Position numbers and translations under genes: made by a program. A model generated the notes under the pieces. That model ran no database searches, was not told the DNA's origin, and saw only the letters and a program-made list of their open reading frames with translations. DNA of 53,767 nucleotides from Myxococcota bacterium (lineage in GTDB: Bacteria; Myxococcota_A; UBA796; SXON01), in contig JAZKFH010000028.1 of assembly GCA_040386535.1 (NCBI GenBank), positions 1 to 53,767 on the forward strand, given 5' to 3'. Positions 47,943 through 53,767 of the stretch are shown one piece after another; the first letter of the stretch is position 1; every line of letters begins with the position of its first letter.

Positions 47943-48647
47943 TTGAGCGATCAAAAGATCGACATCGACGACGAGCAGGATGAAGACGAGCTGGAGGAGG
48001 ACGGCGCGGATGACCCGCCGTGGCTCCTGCGCCTCGTCCTCGAGAGCGAGCTGGCGGCCTCCGGGCGGGCCACGCCCACCGGGATCCACCTCGCGCTCTT
48101 CGGGCCCGCCTGCGCGGGGCTCGACGCCTGGGAGCTCGGCGAGCTGTGGGGCTACAGCCCCCCCGAGCTCGAGGCCCTGCGTGTGTCGGGGGACCACCTC
48201 GTGGCCGTGATGCAGAGCCCGGGCGAGCGCTGGGGCCGCGCCACCGCCGAGACCGTCGCGAGCCTCGCGGCGTCGCTGCGCGCGGACGCGGTCTCCAACG
48301 AGAAGCCCGAGGTGCTCGCCCGCGCCGTGCTCAGCAGCCCGATGGAGGCCGAGCAACGTGGCCTCCGCAAGCTCCAGCGCCAGGTCGGCGCCGTGTTCGG
48401 CCTGCGGGACGGCGTGTTCGGCTCCGGCCGCCTGCCCCGCCGCGGGGAGGAGGCGCCCGACCTCGGCTTCTACCTCGACGAGAAGCTGCTCTCGCCCGAG
48501 GTCAACGGCCTCTTGCCGGGCTCGTCCCTGGCGGTGGCGGACTACCCGGAGATGGCCACTGTGGTGCGCCTGCCGTGGGGGGACGACGAGAGCGCGGCAG
48601 ATGACGAGGGCGACGACGCGGCGGAAGACGAGGAGGACGCATCGTGA
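47943..48647 (+). CDS. Hypothetical protein with acidic termini
   Basis: TTG start after GGAG; GC3 bias begins here; divergent from the giant gene; GTGA overlap with the next gene. Confidence 0.7.
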   Translation: MSDQKIDIDDEQDEDELEEDGADDPPWLLRLVLESELAASGRATPTGIHLALFGPACAGLDAWELGELWGYSPPELEALRVSGDHLVAVMQSPGERWGRATAETVASLAASLRADAVSNEKPEVLARAVLSSPMEAEQRGLRKLQRQVGAVFGLRDGVFGSGRLPRRGEEAPDLGFYLDEKLLSPEVNGLLPGSSLAVADYPEMATVVRLPWGDDESAADDEGDDAAEDEEDAS

Positions 48648-49639
48648 CCCCCGAGATCCAGGAATGGCACGGTCGCGCCGAGCAGGCCGCGCTCGTCGGA
48701 GACGCGCGCGTGGAGTCGGAGGCGCGGCGCGAGCTGGCGACCCGGTACCTGGCCGCGGGGGACGGCGCGGCCGCGCGTTCGGCGCTGGAGCGCACCCTCG
48801 TGCTGTGCCGCGAGCTGGACGACGGCGACGAGGAGGCGCGCACCCTCTACGCGCTCGCGCTCCTGCAGCAGCACGTGGCGCCGAAGGGCGGCGTAGCCCG
48901 GCGCCTGTTGGAAGAGGCCGAGGCGGCGGCGCGGCGGGGTGGTGACCTCCGCTTTCTCGCGCGCGTGCTCGATAAGCGCGCGGGGTTGCTCGTCACGGAG
49001 GGCAAGCCTCTCCAGGCTGCGAAGCTGCTCAACGACGTAGCTGCCCTGCACGGCACCTGCGGCGACGAGGACGCGCGGCTCGACGTGCTCCGTCGCCTCG
49101 CGATGCTCCTCCAGATCTCCGGCAAGCCCGGCGAGGCGTTCGACATCCTGCTCGACGCGCTCGCCGAGAGCCGCGCCAGCCCCGCCCAGCTCGTGCGCGC
49201 CCGGCTCGAGCTGCACCTGCTCGCCCGGGGCACCGGCATCCAGGGCGAGTCGCTCCAGCAGCTGCTCGACGAGGCCGTGGCCGACGGTGACCTGGGGGCC
49301 GCCGGATACATCCGCCTCCAGATGGCGGCGGACGCGTTGCAGGCCGCCGATCCCGTGGGCGGCGAGGCCCACGCCGACGCCGCGCGTCGTGACGCGCTCG
49401 ACTGCACCGATCCGATCCTCTACCTGAACGCGTGCCTGATGATCGCGGAGGCACGCGAGAAGCGGGGCGACCGCGTCGGCATGCTCACCATCCTGTTCAC
49501 GTGCAAGGCGTCGCTGCAGGACATCCTCGGCGAGGCCGGCGCGCGGCCGGTCTTGGCGCTCATCCAGTCGCTCGAGGCGCGGTGGGGGCCCGAGGTGTTC
49601 GGGGCGGCGCTCGAGGCGTACCGGGCGCAGTTCCGCTGA
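48644..49639 (+). CDS. TPR-like repeat protein
   Basis: 331 aa of repeated helical hairpins (LATRYLAAGD..AA, LLVTEGK..QAA, LLQISGK..EA). Confidence 0.8.
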   Translation: MTPEIQEWHGRAEQAALVGDARVESEARRELATRYLAAGDGAAARSALERTLVLCRELDDGDEEARTLYALALLQQHVAPKGGVARRLLEEAEAAARRGGDLRFLARVLDKRAGLLVTEGKPLQAAKLLNDVAALHGTCGDEDARLDVLRRLAMLLQISGKPGEAFDILLDALAESRASPAQLVRARLELHLLARGTGIQGESLQQLLDEAVADGDLGAAGYIRLQMAADALQAADPVGGEAHADAARRDALDCTDPILYLNACLMIAEAREKRGDRVGMLTILFTCKASLQDILGEAGARPVLALIQSLEARWGPEVFGAALEAYRAQFR

Positions 49640-49700
49640 TCGGAGGCCGGCCGTAAGCGCTGGGTGCGCGCCGCCGTTCCGCCGGGCACCTGGAGCCCGC

Positions 49701-51266
49701 GTGTCCCGATTCCCCCTCGCCCGCCTCGCTTTGCTCGTCCCCCTCGCGCTGCTCGCGGCACGGAGCTTCGCCGCCGATGCGGCCGCCGAAGAAGAGGACG
49801 AGGACCGCGTCGCGCCCAGGTACAAGATCGCCGCCGAGATCGACTTCTCGGGCGTGGAGCTCGCGGCCCCTGCTATCGGCGCCGCGCGAATGTCCGCCAC
49901 CCCCGGCGGTGCCCAGGACATCCGCTACTTTCGCGACCAGGTGAAGGCGGGCGAGGTGCCCCACCCCAACGTCTTCACGCCCGAGGGCCTGTTCTCGGAG
50001 CACGACCTGCCGATCCCTGCCGGCGAGGTGTGCCGCCAGTTGTTGTGCCCCGTCGGCGCCGCCGCGCCCGCCGCGCTCACGGTCCAGCCCGACGTACGTT
50101 TCCTGGCCCAGCTCGGTTTCCACACCGGGATCGACGCCGCCACGTTCCACCGCGCGCCTGTCAACCTCGTGGCCGTCATCGACAAATCAGGCTCGATGAG
50201 CGGCGCGCCGCTGGAGACCGTGCGCCAGAGCCTGTTCGGCATGCTGGAGCAGCTCGGGCCCCAGGATCAGCTCTCCATCGTGCTCTACGGTGATCAGGCG
50301 CACGTGTGGATGCCCCCCACCCCGGCCTCCCAGAAGGCGCGCATCCACGAGCAGATCGCGGGGATCCAATCCGCGGGCTCCACCGCGATGGAGGAGGGCC
50401 TGCGCGTCGGCTTCGACCTCGCCCGCACCTCCGCGGCCGGCTTCGACGGAACGACACGTGTCATGTTGTTCACCGACGAGCGTCCCAACGTGGGGCGCAC
50501 GGACGCGGAGAGCTTCATGGGGATGGCCGAGGCCGCCTCTCGCGGCGGGGTCGGCATGACGACGATCGGCGTGGGAACGGTGTTCGGGGCGGAGCTCGCC
50601 ACGAAGGTGTCGAGCGTGCGGGGTGGAAACCTGTTCTTCTTCCCGGACGCCGCCACGATGCAGGGGGTGTTCGAGAAGGAGTTCGACCTGATGGTCACCG
50701 AGCTCGCCTACGACATGGCGCTGACCGTCACGCCCGCGCCCGGCCTCGACCTCGCGGGCGTATACGGCCTGCCCGGCGACGCGATCGCGTGGGGCCCCGA
50801 CGGCTCGATCACGATGAAGATCGCGACGTTGTTCCCCTCCGAGGACGAGGGCGGCATCTACTTCGGCTTCAAGCCGGAGACCGGCGCCGTCTCGCGGAGC
50901 GGCGGCCCGGTCGCGACGGTGTCACTCTCCTACGAGCTGCGCGGCGGGCGGCGGGAGAGCGGGAGTGTCACGTTGGCCTCCTCCTCCACGCTCCCGCTCG
51001 GGCTCACCCGCGGCCACCTGCTCGTCGAGGAGGCCACGGTGCTGAAGCGCGCCACCGAGCTGCACCTCCAACAGAACGACACGGAAGGCGCCTACCAACT
51101 CGTGCGCGGGCTCTCGTCCACGTTGCACGCGAGCCGCGACGCGACGCTGGAGAAGGAGCGCGTGTTGGTCGACACCCTGCTCGAGACGCTCACGCGCTTG
51201 TCGGGCCACGCCGGGGAAGGGCAACGCTCGGCGCAGCGGGACCCGGTGAGCGGGCTGCCGCGGTAG
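49701..51266 (+). CDS. Secreted VWA-domain protein (YfbK-like)
   Basis: Signal peptide; MIDAS VIDKSGSM, GSTAM, LFTDE, TIGVG. Confidence 0.88.
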   Translation: MSRFPLARLALLVPLALLAARSFAADAAAEEEDEDRVAPRYKIAAEIDFSGVELAAPAIGAARMSATPGGAQDIRYFRDQVKAGEVPHPNVFTPEGLFSEHDLPIPAGEVCRQLLCPVGAAAPAALTVQPDVRFLAQLGFHTGIDAATFHRAPVNLVAVIDKSGSMSGAPLETVRQSLFGMLEQLGPQDQLSIVLYGDQAHVWMPPTPASQKARIHEQIAGIQSAGSTAMEEGLRVGFDLARTSAAGFDGTTRVMLFTDERPNVGRTDAESFMGMAEAASRGGVGMTTIGVGTVFGAELATKVSSVRGGNLFFFPDAATMQGVFEKEFDLMVTELAYDMALTVTPAPGLDLAGVYGLPGDAIAWGPDGSITMKIATLFPSEDEGGIYFGFKPETGAVSRSGGPVATVSLSYELRGGRRESGSVTLASSSTLPLGLTRGHLLVEEATVLKRATELHLQQNDTEGAYQLVRGLSSTLHASRDATLEKERVLVDTLLETLTRLSGHAGEGQRSAQRDPVSGLPR

Positions 51267-52728
51267 GGCCGAGCATCCACGCGAGCATCAACACCGGCAC
51301 CACCGCGAGGATGGGCAGCATCCGCGTCGTGAGCGCGGGGTAGATGGCGTAGAGCACCGGTGTCACGAGGAGCCCGGCCAGCACGGCGGGGATCACGGCG
51401 AGGCCGGGCCGCCCCCGCGCGAGCAGTACGCTGACGAAGGCGCCGGGGACCAGCACGTAGCCGGCGGTCGGCACGGCGAGGGCGGCCAGGGCGGCGAGGA
51501 CGACGACGGCGGCGTGCCACCCCCAGGCCCGCAGGGGGCGCGCCGCGAGGCGACCGGCGCCGAACGCGACGAGGCTCCCGACGGCCCCCGCCGCGAGGTA
51601 CCACCCGCCCGCACCCACCATCTCGGCGTCCCGCTCCCAGAAGTCGGCCCGGGTCGCCAACGCCACGCCGAGGAGCCCGAAGCCTGCCAGGAAGGCCACG
51701 ATCAGGGCGCCGAGCCACGCCGCGGCCCCGGCGACGGGCGACCAGAACCGGGGGCGTGGGAGCGCGAGCACCGCGGCCGCTCCCAGGAGTTGGATCACCC
51801 AGGGCGGCGACACCACCGTGCCCCCGGGCACCTGGAAGTACACACGGGTCGCGTCGGTGCTCTCCCGCGGCCGCCCCAACCACCCTTGCGCGAGCCCCAC
51901 GACACAGTCGCCCATCTGCTGCACGCTGCGCGGATCGAGGTTGGCAGGTGTGTCCTCGGCCGAGTGGTAGCGGTGCGCGCCGCCGATCAGCGCGAAGTCG
52001 TAGCCCCAGTAGCCGGCACGCCGGAACACGCTGAAATCGGTGTCGTTGGGGAGCTGGTCGTACACGGTGCGTGCCAGGGAAGTGGCTTGCGCGCCACACC
52101 CCGCTTGGCGCCATACCTCCAACAACGCGGGCGAGGCGCCGGCCAACTGGAACATGTACGCGGGCCCCTCGGTCCCACGCGCCTCGACGTTCAGGACGAT
52201 CCTTCGTGTCGCCTCCGGGTGTGCGTCGACGTGCGCGATGGCGCCGAGCAGGCCGAGCTCCTCGCCGTCGGTGAGCAGCACGTGCAGATCGGCGGGCACC
52301 CCCGCGTGGGAGAGCGCCCGCGCCGCCTCGACGACCACGCCGAGGCCCAGCCCGTCATCGGCTGCGCCGGGCGACTCCGGCACGCTGTCCGTGTGCGCCA
52401 CCAGCCACACCCCACCCGCGGTGGGCTGCCCTGGCGCGTGGGCGACGAGGTTGGTCAGGGGCCTTTTCCCTGGCACGTATTCGCGCTCCACCACGAAGCC
52501 GAGCCCTGTCAACTCCGCCTCCGCCCCCGCCACGACCGCGGCGTGCGCGGCGCTCCCGTTCGGGCGGGGGGTCTTCGCCCACTCGGCGATGTGCACCAAC
52601 GCCCGGGCCGCTGAGAACAGGCCCGCCGGGGCATCCGCGGCGGCCACGTCGGGCAGGCGCGGCCACGCCACCGCCCCGGCCAGGAGGGCCGCACCGACGA
52701 CGAGAGCGCGCGGGGGGACGGGAGGCAC
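51190..52728 (-). CDS. M28 family membrane metallopeptidase
   Basis: AHTDS, GAADD, TDGEELGLLGA, NVEARG, NDTDF, YHSAEDT, then multiple TMs; 3' end overlaps the convergent VWA gene by 77 bp. Confidence 0.9.
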   Translation of the reverse strand: MPPVPPRALVVGAALLAGAVAWPRLPDVAAADAPAGLFSAARALVHIAEWAKTPRPNGSAAHAAVVAGAEAELTGLGFVVEREYVPGKRPLTNLVAHAPGQPTAGGVWLVAHTDSVPESPGAADDGLGLGVVVEAARALSHAGVPADLHVLLTDGEELGLLGAIAHVDAHPEATRRIVLNVEARGTEGPAYMFQLAGASPALLEVWRQAGCGAQATSLARTVYDQLPNDTDFSVFRRAGYWGYDFALIGGAHRYHSAEDTPANLDPRSVQQMGDCVVGLAQGWLGRPRESTDATRVYFQVPGGTVVSPPWVIQLLGAAAVLALPRPRFWSPVAGAAAWLGALIVAFLAGFGLLGVALATRADFWERDAEMVGAGGWYLAAGAVGSLVAFGAGRLAARPLRAWGWHAAVVVLAALAALAVPTAGYVLVPGAFVSVLLARGRPGLAVIPAVLAGLLVTPVLYAIYPALTTRMLPILAVVPVLMLAWMLGPTAAARSPGPAAPSVALPRRGPTSA

Positions 52729-52779
52729 GTGCAGCCCCGACTAACGCCGTTTCGTGCCGGACGATGGACGGCCGGGGCG

Positions 52780-53270
52780 GCCCTGCAACGTGGGGACCTG
52801 AACCTCCACTTCTTCGGCCTCCCGACGTTCGACCCCGCGACTTCGCTCGGCAGCTGCATCGTCCAGGTGGTCGACGCCGACGCCCTTTACCGCGCCTTCG
52901 CCGCCGGCCTCCGCGCCGCGTACGGCAAGGTGCCCGCGACGGGCATCCCGCGTGTCACCCGCCCTCGTAAGCGCTCGGATGCCGTGCACGGCTTCAGCGT
53001 CGTGGACCCGGGCGGCAATTGGATCCGGGTGAGCCGGCTTCGCGCGCGTCCGCTGACTCGCGGCCCTGGCCCGCGTCGAGCCGCGCGTCCCCGCGACCTG
53101 CTCCCGTGCTGGTCTACCGCGCCGAGCTGACGCTCGCGACGAACGACCCCGCGACCGCGCGCGCGCGCCTCGCCGAGGCCCGGGCGCTCCCCCTCGACGA
53201 GGCCGTTCGGGACGCGCTTGTGGACACGCTGGAGCGGTTGGGGGAGCTGGAGGGGGAGTTCGGGGAGTGA
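52780..53270 (+). pseudogene. Truncated, frameshifted VOC (glyoxalase/bleomycin-resistance-like) gene with helical C-terminal part
   Basis: LHFFG..FDP...GSC.V.V.DADALY..FAAGLRAAYG...FSVVDPGGNWIR in one frame with no plausible N-terminus; VLVYRAEL...ARARLAE continues in another frame to TGA 53270. Confidence 0.6.
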
Positions 53271-53346
53271 GTGGGCTTCGGGGGTGAGGCTTCACGCGGC
53301 GGGCCCCGGTGGCGCGCGACGCGGAAGTGACGCCTCACCCGCCGGG

Positions 53347-53550
53347 CCCCACGGTGCGGAACTCCGGGGGTGACGGCTCACCCGGCGCGCTTGTCACCCC
53401 CACGGTGCGCAACTTCGGGGGTGACGGCTCACCCGGCGCGTTGGTCACCCCCACGGTGCGCAACTTCGGGGGTGACGGCTCACCCGGCGCGTTGGTCACC
53501 CCCACGGTGCGCAACTTCGGGGGTGACCGCTCACCCGGCGCGTTGGTCAC
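53347..53550. repeat. Tandem palindromic repeat, 51-bp period, 4 copies
   Basis: ACGGTGCG at 53351, 53402, 53453 and 53504; stem GGGGGTGAC...GTCACCCCC; degenerate copies extend back to ~53276. Confidence 0.92.
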
Positions 53551-53659
53551 GGCGCGCTGTCGTGCGGGGCGCCGGCGGTGGTGGGAGATCAGCGAGGAGG
53601 CAACGCCGTGATGGCTCAGCAAGAGTGCGCCGCCGCGCGATCCACGCGCCGGCCGCCGC

Positions 53660-53767
53660 GCGGACGAAGTCCAGGGACCTGTCGAACAGCCAGGCGGGTT
53701 TCGTCCGTGTGGCGGACGAAGTCCAGGGACCTGTCGAACAGGTAGGCGGGTTTCGTCCGTGTGGCGG
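53660..53767. repeat. Tandem nested palindrome, 52-bp period, running off the window end
   Basis: GCGG(ACGAA) at 53660, 53712 and 53764; outer stem CGGACGAA/TTCGTCCG; inner stem ACCTGT-CGA-ACAGGT in copy 2. Confidence 0.88.

Noticed and set aside
47826..48356. First 177 aa of the 3016-aa ORF
   Set aside because: It overlaps the well-formed + strand gene 47943-48647 and the divergent intergenic gap.
37686..51274. Identical GTAGGGCCGAGC at two stop codons (37686 and 51263)
   Set aside because: Only 12 bp with no shared hairpin, and the second lies in the M28 coding strand; likely chance.
53347..53550. 51-bp array as CRISPR or as a 17-aa repeat protein (ORF 53309..53611)
   Set aside because: No unique spacers; the open frame follows from a period divisible by 3 in palindromic GC-rich DNA.

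Overview
Very GC-rich bacterial DNA. The gene content (Asp/Cys-rich MopE-like repeat lipoproteins, a kinase-ATPase-TPR fusion, a giant DUF4157 protein) suggests a Myxococcota-like organism; this is an inference. Ordinary content: a GT-C-like membrane glycosyltransferase, vapBC, a sulfatase-family lipoprotein, an orphan adenine methyltransferase, a siderophore-interacting protein, an AsmA-like/tamA/tamB cluster, an RND efflux pair, hemerythrin, VWA and M28 peptidase genes. Three things stand out. (1) A divergent pair (23134-26525) in which a SEFIR/TIR protein and an NB-ARC-TPR (NLR-like) ATPase share a homologous ~80-aa helical domain, suggesting a receptor-adaptor immune module. (2) A RAYT-like Y1 HUH gene with a C-terminal HTH (7289-8128), bracketed by duplicated 63-bp-period arrays of nested palindromes and a duplicated 169-bp structured element; palindrome arrays of similar size but unrelated sequence occur elsewhere in the window. 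(3) A ~2,840-aa protein with two DUF4157+hydrophobic modules and a C-terminal OmpA domain, flanked by two apparently paralogous TPR-like genes. No rRNA, tRNA or CRISPR array was seen. All domain calls are by eye from motifs; no database searches were run.
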